Below, one piece after another: positions 11,511 through 24,900 of a stretch of 33,901 nucleotides of DNA. The DNA comes from Octopus bimaculoides. Taxonomy: Eukaryota. The DNA lies in contig NC_068982.1 of NCBI RefSeq assembly GCF_001194135.2, forward strand, positions 127,045,045-127,078,945, written 5' to 3'. A program made the position numbers and the translations under genes. The first letter of the stretch is position 1. Each line of letters opens with the position of its first letter. The notes beneath the pieces were generated by a model that worked only from the letters and a program-made list of their open reading frames with translations, was not told the origin of the DNA and made no database searches.

Positions 11511-11855
11511 CGACTTACCAACCTCATGGTCCCGGGTTCAGTCCCACTGCGTGGCACCTTGGGCAAGTGTCTTCCACTATAGCCTCGGGCCGACCAAAGC
11601 CTTGTGAGTGGATTTGGTAGACGGAAACTGAAAGAAGCCCGTCGTATATATGTATATATATATGTGTGTATGTTTGTTTGTACGTCTGTGTTTGTCCCCC
11701 CACCATCGCTTGACAACCGAAGCTGGTGTGTTTACATCCCCGTAACTTAGCGGTTCGGCAAAAAGAGGCCGATAGATTAAGTACTAGGCTTACAAAGAAT
11801 AAGTCCTAGGGTCGATTTACTGAAACAAGTAAAAGAGTAAAAGAGTAAAGAGTAA
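11511..11855 (+). mobile_element. tRNA-derived SINE, family B, 5' end slightly truncated, (AAAAGAGT)n tail
   Basis: B-box-like GGTTCAGTCCC, then CCTTGGGCAAGTG (CORE-like start), an internal (TA)/(TG) microsatellite and the tail gaaacaagtaaaagagtaaaagagt. Very similar to 18750-19231. Confidence 0.9.
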
Positions 11856-12225
11856 ATCTTTTAAATCGCCCCATACTGTTTTGTATGAAGAACATTAAAT
11901 AACTATTATAAACAGTGTGTTTTTCCTTATTCACAGCCTCTGAATAAAAGGCAAGATGGTCACGGCTGAAATGCCTTCAATTATAAACTTGCTCGATTAG
12001 GCTTCTCTGATGACTTTTAAGGCCGGCCTTGCTTCAGGTAAACATAACCATACTCCCGTTACATATTAAATTGGGTTGTGCACCAAAATATTCTGACAAA
12101 TGCACATCAAGTGCCTTACGGACATCTCCCAAGAGCTGCTCTTGCTGGATAGGATTTTGTTCGAATTCCTTTCTTCCAACATGCACTGGACGGTCTAGAG
12201 AGAGAGGTTTTCTCCTCCCTCAACT

Positions 12226-12470
12226 CATCCATCCATCCATCCATCCATCCATCCATCCATCCATCCATTCATCCATCTTTGCACCCATTCATCGATCAAT
12301 CGATCCATCCAGCTATCGCTCGCTCGCTCGATCCATGCATGCAGGCATGCATGCATGCATGCATTCATACATGCATACATTTATACATGTACGTATGTAC
12401 GTATGTGTGTATGTATATATGTACATACATACATATATCCATTCATACACACATTCACACGTGCATACAT
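12226..12470. repeat. Compound tetranucleotide microsatellite
   Basis: Successive (ATCC)n, ATCG, CTCG, ATGC, ATAC and ATGT units. Confidence 0.9.
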
Positions 12471-14689
12471 GAATTAATAATATAATTTAGCGGAAGATTT
12501 ACTTTCCAAACAAACTATGTGGAAAGAAATCAGTTGTGTCAACCGTCAAACGGCTGTGGATGACCGTTATACTAAAGGCTACTTGTGGAAAGCTGTTGAT
12601 TAAATTATCTCTCGAACAAGTGACCCTTGTGCCAAAGTAAGAAATATATACATTGGTTTCGTTCTGACCGGCCACTACTGCCTTATGTTCTCAGCTGGGG
12701 TCCATATGACACTCAGGAGTCCATACAAAATTTTGTTAAAATTAATGCGCAATAAATTGTTTATCCTTCATCAAAATACAAAATATTTTTAACAACTTTT
12801 TTTATACAATTTCCAATAATACTTAATTATTAAAATATAATAGGATTTTTAAAACATGGAATGGTTATTAGGGTCCATCTGAGTAAAATAGGAATCAAAG
12901 GGATCCATAGGTAAGTGTTAGGTTTGTTTCTTTCCTCGAACTGATAAAGGAATGAAATGGTTTTAACAAACGATTAAAACTCACCGAATTTTGTGCTTGG
13001 CTCGAATATATTCTATTCACCTTCCACTCCATTATGATAATGTATATTATATGTAATATGAATTAATATGGTAATATGTATTATATATAATATGCATTAT
13101 TATGACAATATGTATTCAAGTGAATTCACTACATTTTTCTCGGAGAAATCAAGTTTATTCACATACTGTAAAAATATAGTATTTTAGACAAATAGTTATA
13201 TTTTCTCTGTTACAAACAACAGATTAGTCAACACAGAGAGACACGTTGGTAAAATAGTTTAGGGAAATAGGGTCTTGACTTTTTATGTTCTGAGCTCAAG
13301 TCATAAGGGATTAACTTCGTTTTTCATTCCTTCGGGGTCAAATTTTAAAAAAATAGTTCTGGTTATATACAGAAATAGCTTCAGTCGATTATAATACTAA
13401 CCATCAAAGATTGACCTTGTGTTTCGTCAAAAGAAATTTCGGTATACTATATCTTATTTTAGGATGAACTCCGTAAGTGAAGAAATAGACTTCCGGTGAA
13501 CCGAATATACATCAAGGATGAAGACAGTTCATTTCATTAATGTCGTTAACGCTACTGGGAAAGGTATAATTGTTACAATACTTCATTTCTCCCGTCACTG
13601 TCAAAATAAAGAGCCTTATGTCGACTGATTTCGAACCTTGTCACAAGGATATTCTTTGGTATACGTGGCCTCAATATATGGAAAGTGCTCATAAAAGGCA
13701 AAGTCGACAAGTTAATATTAAATCGCAAAAGGAATATCTATTTATGAGCTTTGTCTGAAAGCTTTCTCCAGATGATGAGCATACTTATTCTATTTTAGTA
13801 AATGATATTTAAAATAAAATATGTGACAATACTTTTGTGACCTCCTGAAACAAAACGGCCTGATGAGATCACTCACACTCTTTATTGCTAAATTTGAACG
13901 CATGGCCGTGGTTAAAGAGTTTGCTTGGCATTCACGTAACTTCAAGATTCATCCGGGCGAAATTTAGGTACACAGACATTAACAAGAGGCCCGTAGGCTA
14001 GACTTCAACAACTGTATATGTAGTAGGCTCAATCCGTTGTTCGGTTTATCACCACGACATGTTTCTTGGTGTATCTAACAAAAGTTCACTCTTCTGTCGG
14101 AAACTTTCGCCAAGTCTCCAATCTGAAGCTAACTCGATATCTTAACGTGATATTTCCCACAGTAACATTTGGTTTCTTTCTTCTTTTTTTTTTCCTTTCC
14201 TTTCTTCCACCAGTCTTGGAGGCTCTGTAAAAGTTATATTCTCTGAGTAGGCTCTAACAAAAAGAAAAATGAAATAAAGGAAAAATCTATAATCCCAGAT
14301 CAACTTATGGTGCATCATCCTGTTTCAACTGAGATTGGAGAGAACCTGTGCTTAACCCCTTATTACGCATTGTGATGTTGATTCTGCTAGAACATTTAGT
14401 TACAGTCACAAACGACTGTAATATACTCAGCCGCTTAATAACATAGCCATGCTCAAAACCGATGCGAGATTCATTATCTTCATCATCATTCCCATCCTTT
14501 TCTCCTCCTCCTCCTCCTCCTCCACCTCCTCACTAGCAGTAGCAACGACAGCAACAGGATATGCATTTCATTGCCGAGAAGATGAACATTAGTGATTTCG
14601 TTTGATAAAACACATGGCTCAACCTTTTTATGATAGAAGGAAAAGGACATTACTTGGATGAAATATTTTTAATCTGGGAATGTAAATCG

Positions 14690-14812
14690 GGAGATGACGA
14701 ATTGGCAGAGTCGTTAGAGCATCGGATTCTAGCTCTCTGCGTTTGTAATTTCAAATTCCACTTAGGTCATTCTTCTGGCGGGAGTCGATAAAATAAAGTA
14801 CCATTCTAGGGT
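14690..14812 (+). mobile_element. Degraded family A SINE
   Basis: ttggcagagtcgttag...ttcaaattcc...gtcgataaaataaagtacca matches family A. Confidence 0.55.
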
Positions 14813-15328
14813 AGTAAGTTTGTGGCATCATTAGACAACCTTCGGACAGCTTTTCTTGCGGTATATGTTGAGGTTTTATGCGTCTTGAGTTCAAATCCTG
14901 CCGTAGCTTACTTGAGTGATAGACTTATTTCATCAGCCGGTTTAACTCTACTCTCTGGTACTTGGGTGGCTTAACCGAGGACTCCAATTTTGTAGCTAGC
15001 TTTCAAGTCAGGTCTCTCGCTTGAGTATATCTTCCTCCCTCTGAATTAACATCATCAAAAACCCGGTAAAGGCTATGTGTACAGCCCTTCCCTTCTAGTC
15101 AAACGACCCACCACCATTTTAGATCTCGATAAAGAGCGATTGCAGACTAAGTAAAATATAACTGAAACCTTCACGTACTACCTCCCATTTCTTATTCATT
15201 CGGTCTACATACGAACATACAAACACAGGTATACATAGACACATAAAACATAAAACACATTGTACATCTACAGACATTAGCATACACCAAGCTTTTCTTT
15301 TTTTCTGATAGCATGTATTTCTGCGTAT

Positions 15329-15330
<2 letters not shown>

Positions 15331-15402
<72 letters not shown>
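15331..15402. repeat. (GT)n microsatellite
   Basis: Perfect dinucleotide run. Confidence 0.95.
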
Positions 15403-15405
<3 letters not shown>

Positions 15406-16249
15406 AGTGTGTTTACGTGTGTGTATTTACAAACAGATACGCAAACCCACACATGAGCGTGTGCGTCTGCATATCTATTCGTAAAAAGGCTGTGAATGTG
15501 TATGAACTTGGAGGCGTGTTTTACGGTGGTGAGTGGTGAGGATGTCAAAAGATTCAAATCAAGAGAAAGGTTATTGAAAAGACTTTCTCTCAATTACCTA
15601 CTTTCTTTATCCTTCTCCCTAGATGTGAAGTTGACCAAGTAACCTGACCTTTTTATACTCCACTCTCTTTTAAACTTCCCTGACGAATTCATTTACTACC
15701 TTTTTCTTTTTCACGTCCTTCCCATTACCTTTTTAACAGTCTTCCACCCTCTTCAGTGTTAGCAAGGGCCAAATATCAACATTACCCGTGACAAAATTTT
15801 GCTTTATTTCCTTTTACCTTTGTTGTTGTTGTTGTTATTGTTATTGTTGTTTTACTCCAAACAATACCTGAGTATTTTGCGCTTCGTTATTTTAACTTTT
15901 CTTTATACAAACGCATACTTCCATCATATACATATGCATACATTTAAATGTATATAATATCACACACAAATGTATATTATAAATACTCAAATGTATGGGT
16001 ATGCGTGTGTATGTATCTATGCAACAATATTTGCAAACACACACATGCACACACACACATGCACACACATATGTATGTATATGTGTGTATACATGTATAC
16101 AGTCCGATGATAAGCTTGGCTGGCCGAAGCTTCGAAGTCACTCTCAATAATACTCTTGTTAAAGACTTAAAATTTGTACTCTACCAAATGCATCGAGTAA
16201 TCCTTCAGTTCAATGTAAAATTGCTTTTATAACATAAAAACAAACATTA

Positions 16250-16367
<118 letters not shown>

Positions 16368-16995
16368 GCGGTGACTCTTTATATACTAAAGCATGGGATT
16401 ATAACAATCAAAGCTGTATAATTATGTAGTGTACATATAGCATATACGTTACCCTCTTTCCACCTGTCTCATATAAATCGGATTTGCTATTTGCATCTAT
16501 TCTATGTCTTAAGCATGTATATGAATATCATATTTCAATACAAAGTCTTTTCAATTACAAAATCTGTCTAGTTTTGTCTTTGTAGTCAATGATTTTTATA
16601 TTTTCAGTGAAGTTTCTTGCATTTTGTATGAAACAGAAAAGTTCCTAAATCACCAATATCAACGTTTCTATAACTTCATAGTCTCATCTTCAAGATGGGG
16701 TGATGTTGGCGTACGTTACTACTCTTCCAATAAACAATAGCAATGATATTAATATAGATGTTACTGCCGGAATTTCAATTTAAATGTTTAGGTTTATGCC
16801 ATAAGTTATGTATGTAGTTTTGTTTGAGACTAATATATGTTGCCTACGTGATAATTTAATGAATATTGCTTGCAATCATCAATCTTTTTGCTTAGGTTAA
16901 TTAGGTGAAAGATGTGTGTTGTTTACTAATTTATTCCGATTCATTACAAACACACATGCTCACTCTCTCTCATTCTCCTCCCTCTCTCTCATTCT

Positions 16996-17037
<42 letters not shown>

Positions 17038-17979
17038 CCTCTCTCTCTCATACACCCATATTCTGATAAATGCTACTATATGATACTAGACTATTACGTT
17101 ACTATCGATCTATTTTATTCAAGGTAGGCACTGCCTACCTTGCCTACCTAGGCGGCACGTCCCTGGTACGTATGTATGTATGTATGTATGTATGCATGTA
17201 TGTATGTATGTATGTATGTATGTGTATACAAGTGAGTCTGCTTGCAATAATTACTGTTAGTTTTGTTGGATACGTATTGATTAGTTAAAAAAATACTTCT
17301 TTTGTTAATTTCAAGATGCCATGTTGAAATGTTGATTTCAAGATGCCATCCGCCTTAATTTGAAGCAAACGATTCCCCTTGATTTGCAGACGGCGAGTAT
17401 TGTAGATCTGTATTATAAAAACGGCCATTGGCCGATCCAAACAAATGAATGTTAATGTCTCATCTTTCTCTCGCTTTCTCTAATCAGGCAACGACGCCTT
17501 ATTCATGACTTCTGAAATACAAGGTTATTCGAAAGTAAATAGAAATATATAGGCTGCTAAAATTGTATCATTTGGAAACGAAGTGTTTTAGATACTTTAG
17601 CAGTAAGAGATGAATACTTTCTGAATGAAAAGTACAAGAGGTAAAGGCTTTTAAAGTCAAGTTTCGCTTCAGGGTTACAATCCTGATCTGGGATGTAATT
17701 TGTTTTAGAATACAATGAAATAATACAAAAGAAAAATAGCGTTCATAAATTATTTTTATGAACGCTACGCACACGCGCGCGCGCGCACGCATATATGCGC
17801 GAGCACTGACAAACACATGCACTTGTAACTTAAATTTGCTTGTGACTTAAATTTACTTAATGTTACTCAAACTTTCCTGTCATCTGTGAAATTTTAAGCA
17901 ATGCAAATTGAAATCACAAACTGTTAATACAAATATTTAGCCTAATGCGTAAGTAATGAGAACTCTTTTCTTCCGTTTG

Positions 17980-18130
17980 TGTGTGCATGTATGTATGTAT
18001 GTATGTATGTATGTATGTATGTATGTATGCATATATAGAGAGAGAGCGAGAGAGATATAGATAGACATATGTGTATGTATATATATTTTTCCATACACAT
18101 GCATACATGCATGCACACTTATGTGTATTC

Positions 18131-18167
<37 letters not shown>

Positions 18168-18280
18168 CGTGTTTGTGTGTGTGTGTGTGTGTACGGCTAT
18201 GTAAATGTGTGTGAGAATGTATGTATGTATGTATGTATGTATGCGTGTGTATCTGTGTGTGCAAATGCGTGTGTGTGTCC
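17980..18280. repeat. Compound (ATGT)/(GA)/(TA)/(GT) microsatellite
   Basis: Directly visible. Confidence 0.9.
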
Positions 18281-18749
18281 ATAATTGACGAGAGCTGTAA
18301 ACATCAGCGAAGAAACTGAAAAAAAAAAAAAAACTGAAGCTTTTGTACAAAAATATTGTGCGGTAGTTGTTCCTCCCAAGTTATGAAGAGAATCCCTTGT
18401 CACTCTCACCATTAGAAACCAGTAGCAAACGACAATATCGTACACGAAATGTTACGTAAAATATAATATAAATAGATACTTATCTCTTTGGATGAATGTA
18501 ATATAAGTTTCATTTTTCTCACATTTGTTGGTATTTGAATTTTAAAAAATGAATACTTTATTTTTTAGACATTGGTTGCTTTATCAATAACCAGTAATAC
18601 ATTGAATAATCTCTTCTGTAATCTGAGAGCTAACAACCATATAAAATATTACTAAATTTTTTTTCAAATACTAATAATTAGAGACGCACGAAGCAGTAAT
18701 GATTAGAATAAAACTGTGTTCATTTATCTTTAACACGTTCATGTTTACT

Positions 18750-19231
18750 TGTTTCAGTCATTTGACTGCGGTCATGCTGGGGCACCGCCTTTTAGTCGAG
18801 CAAATCGACCCCAGGACTTATTCTTTGTAAGCCTAGTACATATTCTATCGGTCTCTTTTTGCCGAACCGCTAAGTTACGGGGACGTAAACACACCAGCAT
18901 CAGTTNNNNNNNNNNNNNNNNNNNNNNNNNNNNNNNNNNNNNNNNNNNNNNNNNNNNNNTGTTGGGGGGGGGGGACAAATACAGACACACAAACACACAC
19001 ACACACACACACACACGCATATATATATATATATACACATATATACGACGGGCTTCTTTCAGTTTCCGTCTACCAAATCCACTCACAAGGCTTTGGTCGG
19101 CCCGAGGCTATAGTAGAAGAAACTTGCCCAAGGTGCCACGCAGTGGGACTGAATCCGGAACCATGTGGCTCGTAAACAAGCTACTTTATTTCATAAATAT
19201 TTGCCATGTACCAGACACCCACTCCTACGCC
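18750..19231 (-). mobile_element. Full-length family B SINE with an internal N gap, flanked by ~100-bp direct repeats
   Basis: Collinear with the copy at 11511 from the tail (ttgtttcagtcatttgactgcgg) to the head (actcctacgcc). Flanking repeats are at 18647-18749 and 19232-19333. Confidence 0.9.
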
Positions 19232-20245
19232 TATTACTAACATTTTTACAAATCCTAATAATTAAAGACGCACGAAGCAGTAATGATTAGAATAAAGCTG
19301 TGTACATTTATCTTTAACACGTTCATGTTCACTCAAACGCTACGATAACTATTTGAGAAGGAACAGCTTATTTATAGACATTGTGTGTGAAAACACACTG
19401 AGTTGGGTTAGGAACGACGGCATCGGACTATAGGGCACGTGTTTCTACGTCGTTACGTCTCATCAACTGAAAGATGCAGATACTGTCGTTCATAGCCCTT
19501 ATAATAACTGATGTTATTATAAGTAAACGACAAATAATAAATTCGCTAGTGTGTACAAAGCTTTATCAAGCTAAACTCATGACATAAAAGCCCACTGAGA
19601 AGCGATGAATAAAATAAGAGTGTGTGCATTTATATTTAGCCCGTTCGTGAACGTGGAAAAGAAAAAAAAAATCTTTTTAAGGAGAATGTGAAAACATTAA
19701 TGGCCATTATAAATACAATGCCAAAAGGAAGATTTCTTTCCTAAACAGTTACCACAACGAAGGCCTTTCCCTGTTTGCGTGTACACTAACGTATTAAATA
19801 TTAATGAACACTTCTTTATTTCAATCATTACCACTTAGCATATTTTTAATCAATCTATTAATTAATTAATTAAGCAATTAGTTTTGGAAAGTTTTGTACA
19901 CGCTTGTAAATTAATTATTTCTTCTTAAGAACAGTAGTTCTTAATGTGCTACGAACGACGGAGTCAGTGTCTGTAGTTGACGAAGTGTAACGAAGCAGAA
20001 ATACATGTTCAATCGTCCGATGACTTCATTCATAGCTCAATTCAATGTTTTGAAACATGTTTTATTAGGGAATTTCTCTTCCCTGATGGTTTCCATATCG
20101 AATATCTTTCCACGTCTGAGTGGAACATGAACGTGTTAAATATAAACGTACACAACTTTATTGTTGTTTAGCGTAACTCAGTCTTGGTCTTATAATCAAA
20201 GGTTTCCCAATCTTACTCTTTATTAAGGGCTATAATATTCAATGC

Positions 20246-20445
20246 GTGAAGGTGCGTGGCTCAGTTGTTAGGATGGTTGTATTCATGATCGTAAGACCGT
20301 AGTTTCAATTCCCGGACCGGGCGTTGAGTTATGTTCTTGAACGAAGTACTTTATTTGACGTTGTTTCAGCTGTAAATGAGTTCCATTAGTAGCTAGGAAG
20401 TTAACCTTGCGACAGACGGGCGTTCTGATCAGGGTGTAGTGTTGT
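20246..20445 (+). mobile_element. tRNA-headed SINE with a family C-like head
   Basis: GTGAAGGTGCGTGGCTCAGTTGTTAGG...GTTTCAATTCCCGG gives A- and B-box-like motifs. Confidence 0.65.
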
Positions 20446-21093
20446 AATCTGAGTCAAAAACCACAAAATGAAACTGGTTTTGGAAACATAGAGAAGAAGC
20501 ATAACACCGATTCTTATCTTTCTCGTGTCATTTGTTGGTATCGTACGACACTTCAAAAACCAAGACCGTCGGGTAACTGGTTTATATAAAGTCCAGATAA
20601 ACAGAGGGAGGAAGGGAGAGAGTAAAAGAGAGAGAAAGAGAGAGAAAGAGAAAGAGGGAGAGAGAGAAAACACTGTTTCTTAGAAACCGACTTCCTCTTG
20701 AAATATTTAGACACACACACACACACACACACACACACGAAGAATGTATATAGACATGGTAACACGTAACATAAATCATAATTTCCATTCTCTCTATCTA
20801 TGACGCTTTCTCTCCTTCCCATCTATCTTTTGTTCATCTCTTTCTCTTTCTTTCTCTTTTCTTTCTGTCACTCTCACACAAATATGAAATATTGGAGACG
20901 CTCCGGCTGTAATGAAGCTCATTTGCATTAATTCAAGTGAATTTGTGACAAATTTTCCCATGCCCGCCTCATTGAAAGCGTCTGCCGGAGCTATAGAATT
21001 TTTGTAGCTATTTTATACGGTCCAAAAATATACAAAAATATCCAACAAAAACAAAACAAAGTGAAAGAACAAACATTATTATTAGTAGTATTT

Positions 21094-21330
21094 AAGGCGA
21101 CGAGCTGGCAAAATCGTTAGAGCACTGGATGAAGTGCTTAGCGGTATTTCGCCCGTCGCTACGTTCTGAGTTCAAATTCCACCGAGGTCGACTTTACCTT
21201 TCAACCTTTAGGGGTCGATAAAATAAGTACCAGTTGAACACTGGGGTCGATGTAAACGACTCACTCCCCACCCCAATTGTTGCGCTTGTGGGAAAATTTG
21301 AAACCATTATTATTATTATTAGTAATAATA
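21094..21330 (+). mobile_element. Family A SINE, full length
   Basis: AAGGCGACGAGCTGGCAAAATCGTTAG...GAGTTCAAATTCC... with an ATT-repeat tail. attattattagta occurs at both 21075-21087 and 21312-21324 (possible TSD). Confidence 0.9.
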
Positions 21331-21609
21331 AGGAAAAAATGGAAGAAGAAGTCTATGGCGTTTTGAGCTACGCTCTTTTACAGAAAAGAAAAGGGGCATA
21401 AAACAGGGAGAGAGAGAGAGAGAGAGAGAAAGAAAACAAAGAAAAAATAAAACGAATTAGAATTAAGGGTTACTACATGTTGGACTGACCGGAAGAGACG
21501 AACTGGCTGGAGGCGTCGGTAGCAAGGCGAAACAACAGTGACCAAACAAAGGTATGTATACGTAAGCATGTGTGTGTATGTGTGAAGATGTGTGCGTGTG
21601 TTTATGTGT

Positions 21610-21800
21610 ATAAGAGCTAGCACGTGTGTGTATGTATGTGTGTGTGTATGGGCCAGCACATGTGTGAATGTGATTTATGGGAGCGAGGGCGTGTGTGTGT
21701 GTTTGTGTGTGTGTAGGCCAGCACATGTGTGAATTTAATTATGTGAGCGTATGTATGTTTGCATGGGAGCGCGGGCGTATGTATGTGTGTGTGTGTGTGT
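21610..21800. repeat. Higher-order repeat embedded in (GT)n
   Basis: ggccagcacatgtgtgaat occurs at 21651 and 21716; atgggagcg(a/c)gggcgt occurs at 21677 and 21763. Confidence 0.7.
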
Positions 21801-21984
21801 TTGTGTGTGAAGCAATGTACGCGTGTGATTTGGTGTAAGGAAATATATTTGCTTATTGATACGGTTTTCTTTGATATATTTAGGAAGTCAATCCTATCTC
21901 TACTCTGAAAGAAGTGAAACAAAGGATGAAATCGATAGAATGTCTGTCTATATTGTCGAACAATGTAAATAGTAGAGAATTTCC

Positions 21985-22160
21985 TAAAAGTAGCAGCCAA
22001 AATTTCCTCGAATTACACGCCACAATGTCTATAAAGAAAAGGAAACATACATCTGGGAAATATGGATATTTTATAGCTTAAACGAAAACGTCTTTAATAA
22101 TGACTGATCAATTACGGCGTACCTGGGGCCAAATAAACCACCACCAACTACAATAATAAG
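21985..22160 (+). mobile_element. Dispersed repeat, family E (SINE-like, CAA/CCA tail)
   Basis: agtagcagccaaa...aaggaaaca...aacgtcttta...ctggggccaa followed by accaccaccaac. Aligns with 24680-24900 and with the fragment at 11948-12010. Confidence 0.55.
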
Positions 22161-22189
22161 CAGCAATATAAATTATCTTTTATCTTTTA

Positions 22190-22745
22190 TTATTTACTTG
22201 TCTCAGTTGACTGCGGCCATACTGGGGCATCTCGTTAAAAAAATTTTCAGTCGAATGAATAGACACCTTTTTTTAAAACATGGTACTTATTTCATCGGTC
22301 TCTTTGTCGAACCGGTACATTACGGGAATGTAAACACATTAACACCGGTGGTCAAGCGGTAGTGGGAGACAAACACAAGNNNNNNNNNNTCTCGTTAAAA
22401 AAATTTTCAGTCGAATGAATAGACACCTTTTTTTAAAACATGGTACTTATTTCATCGGTCTCTTTGTCGAACCGGTACATTACGGGAATGTAAACACATT
22501 AACACCGGTGGTCAAGCGGTAGTGGGAGACAAACACAAGCACACACACCCACATCCCCCCCCACTCTCCACACACACATGACACGCTTCATTCAGTGTCC
22601 GTCTACCAAATCCATTCACAATACTTTTAGTTGGCCTGGAGCTACAGTAGAAGATATTTGCCCCGGGTAGCCACACAGTGGGACCAAACTAGGAGCTATG
22701 TGGTTGGGAAGCAAACTTCTTATACAACATAGCCAGGCCTGCGCT
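22190..22745 (-). mobile_element. Diverged family B SINE containing an assembly duplication
   Basis: Motifs gactgcggccat, gtcaagcgg, ccgtctaccaaatcc and cagtgggac. Bases 22230-22379 are repeated exactly at 22390-22539 across 10 Ns. Confidence 0.75.
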
Positions 22746-24193
22746 TATATGGTTGTTCCGCAGGAAGAATCATAGGGATGATCCCTCATAGAATCGCTAC
22801 TTAACGAGTGTAGAGCGATGGTAAGCACTGTAGCCCGATAGCACAATCAGGAGGTGCTAAACAAGATATCTCAAAACTTTATAATTGTGAAATTACATTT
22901 CTGCTCAGATTGACAAAATTATTCTATCCACCGAAAGCAATAGATTACTATAAAGGAGATGACTTTATGTCTACTCGAAATAAATGATCTCTTTGTGAAA
23001 TCTCTTATTCAGGCAATCAAGCACTAAAAACCAGCAACACTCAAGTTGCTTCAATCATACTAGTCTTCACCATGTTAGATCTCTCAGTAAGAATTTAGGA
23101 AATGGAATTTCTCCTCTGGGCTTTGTCATCCTCTTGTCGCAAATAGCAAGAATTTTGATAATTACATTTATTTAATCTTTGAAATTACAAGATGTTTTTT
23201 ATACTACGCAAGGTACATACATACATACATACATACATACATACATACATACATACATACATGTTAATGGTATACACCTAGCAGTTTGCCGGTAAAGCAC
23301 GTTCATTGTCTCAGTGTTCGTTGGGTATCTGATTAATGAGAGAGACGGAAGATGGAAGATACGAGAATCTTTATTGGTCAATCTTTATTGGTATTATATG
23401 TGTGTGTGTGTGTACTTGCTTTTATGAGAAGTTATATATAAAAACAATTTAGCATAAAACTGAAGTATTACTGAGTACTTTTTAGTAGAGTACGTATTAA
23501 TTTTTACAAGAAAAACGTTGACAGTGGTTTTTCTTTATTTATGAGAGATATTGATTGTGAATCTTTTGTATCATATTCTCAAGGTTTCTAAGTTATCCTC
23601 CATTGAGATTGTTCTCATTGTAGTGTTTAACTTAGTTTATGGTAATTTTATTGTACATATTACATTATACATTGATATTGTGTGATTGTCCTTTATTGGG
23701 TATCTAATTCTGGTAAGGGTTATACTTGTTCAAGAATTTATTGCTTATGGAGGTTTTGTTGCATATATTTCATGTTACGCTGAGAAATAGTGCAAGGTAC
23801 CAGAATTTTCATATCAAGTCAAATAAAACAAACTACCCGAGTCGTTCGAGTATTTGTGCAAGTGGAGTCTGGACCGACTAGTTTGTACTTGCATCTAGTT
23901 GTATAAGTTGTAATAATGAAATCAAACCAAATAGTGGTAATTTCAAATTATATGATACAAACTTTTCAGGTCTGCATAATAGATAATAGAAAATTCATCC
24001 ATTACATTAGACCTTTGAGTTAAAACATTTAAAAATATATTGTTTTATTCATATTTTATTTATTATTTTGAAATGTTTTAACCGAGGAAGATCTTACGTA
24101 ATGGATGTATATCCTATTATATATGACACAGGTCCGAAACGTACGTGTTAAATGATTTCAAAGTATCAGTTTGGTTTGACTTCCTTGTTACAA

Positions 24194-24230
<37 letters not shown>

Positions 24231-24679
24231 ACTTACAGTATTGTAGGCATGGATATAAATATCATCAACAATAGCAATCCAAGCAAAACAAGGCAGTTGT
24301 ATTATCAGGTTACACAGCAAATATCACAAAATGCAAACAGTAATCAATTCGCACTTAACGGACTATCGGTTAATTGCAGCTAAATTGATTAATCGATTAG
24401 AATATAACTTCTTCACAAATTATGGCTGCTCTAGAAAAACAATAATTTTGAATCGCTTTCATTAGATAACGGATCTTCATTTAAAAAAATTTTTTTGGAA
24501 AGAAACTGTTTCGATGAAAATTGTCATTATAGTCAGAACCTGTTGGATAGTGTGCCAGGGCACATATCATCAACCTTTCTCAACTAAGGGAGTGGGTAAA
24601 GATATGTGGGGAAATGTGATAACGAATCACAACTGATGTAAGCATTACTGGCTTCATCTGTCGAGCCAAATGAGGGCGA

Positions 24680-24900
24680 CTTTTCGTGGCCGCTCGATCT
24701 TCTAGAAATAGCAGTCAAAGCCCCTTCGAATTTCAATTATACCTCATTAAACAAGAGGAAACACATTAGATAACGTTGTCTTCGACAAAGTATGTTTTAA
24801 AAAAGACCGGATGGATGGTCGCGGCTAGAACGTCTTTAATCATAAGACTGTCCAATTAGGACTCACATGAGAGTCGACAACAACAACAAACATGACAGTG
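24680..24900 (+). mobile_element. Dispersed repeat, family E, with (CAA)n tail
   Basis: gctcgatcttctagaaatagcagtcaaa...gatggtcgcggctagaacgtcttta...gacaacaacaacaa. Confidence 0.6.

Noticed and set aside
12687-12930. hAT-MITE-like ends (gttctcagctggggtccat ... ggggtccat/gggatccatagg)
   Set aside because: No matching terminal inverted repeat pair or 8-bp TSD could be found.
16101-16143. Second hammerhead-like motif AGT-CCGATGA-T-AAGCTT-loop-AAGCTT-C-GAA-GTC-ACT
   Set aside because: It needs three core corrections (U4, the 10.1-11.1 pair, a missing AC) and has no supporting element context; it cannot be told from chance without a family consensus.
16608-16710. Plus-strand exon candidate (ttttcag|...GGC|gtacgt, EVSCILYETEKFLNHQYQRFYNFIVSSSRWGDVG), with similar candidates near 17490, 17590 and 27470
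   Set aside because: Short open frames with plausible splice sites, but no recognisable homology or coherent model; such frames are expected by chance in AT-rich DNA.
22230-22539. Exact 150-bp direct repeat around a 10-N gap
   Set aside because: 100% identity, with both copies ending at a tiny gap, is the signature of unmerged overlapping contig ends: an assembly artefact.
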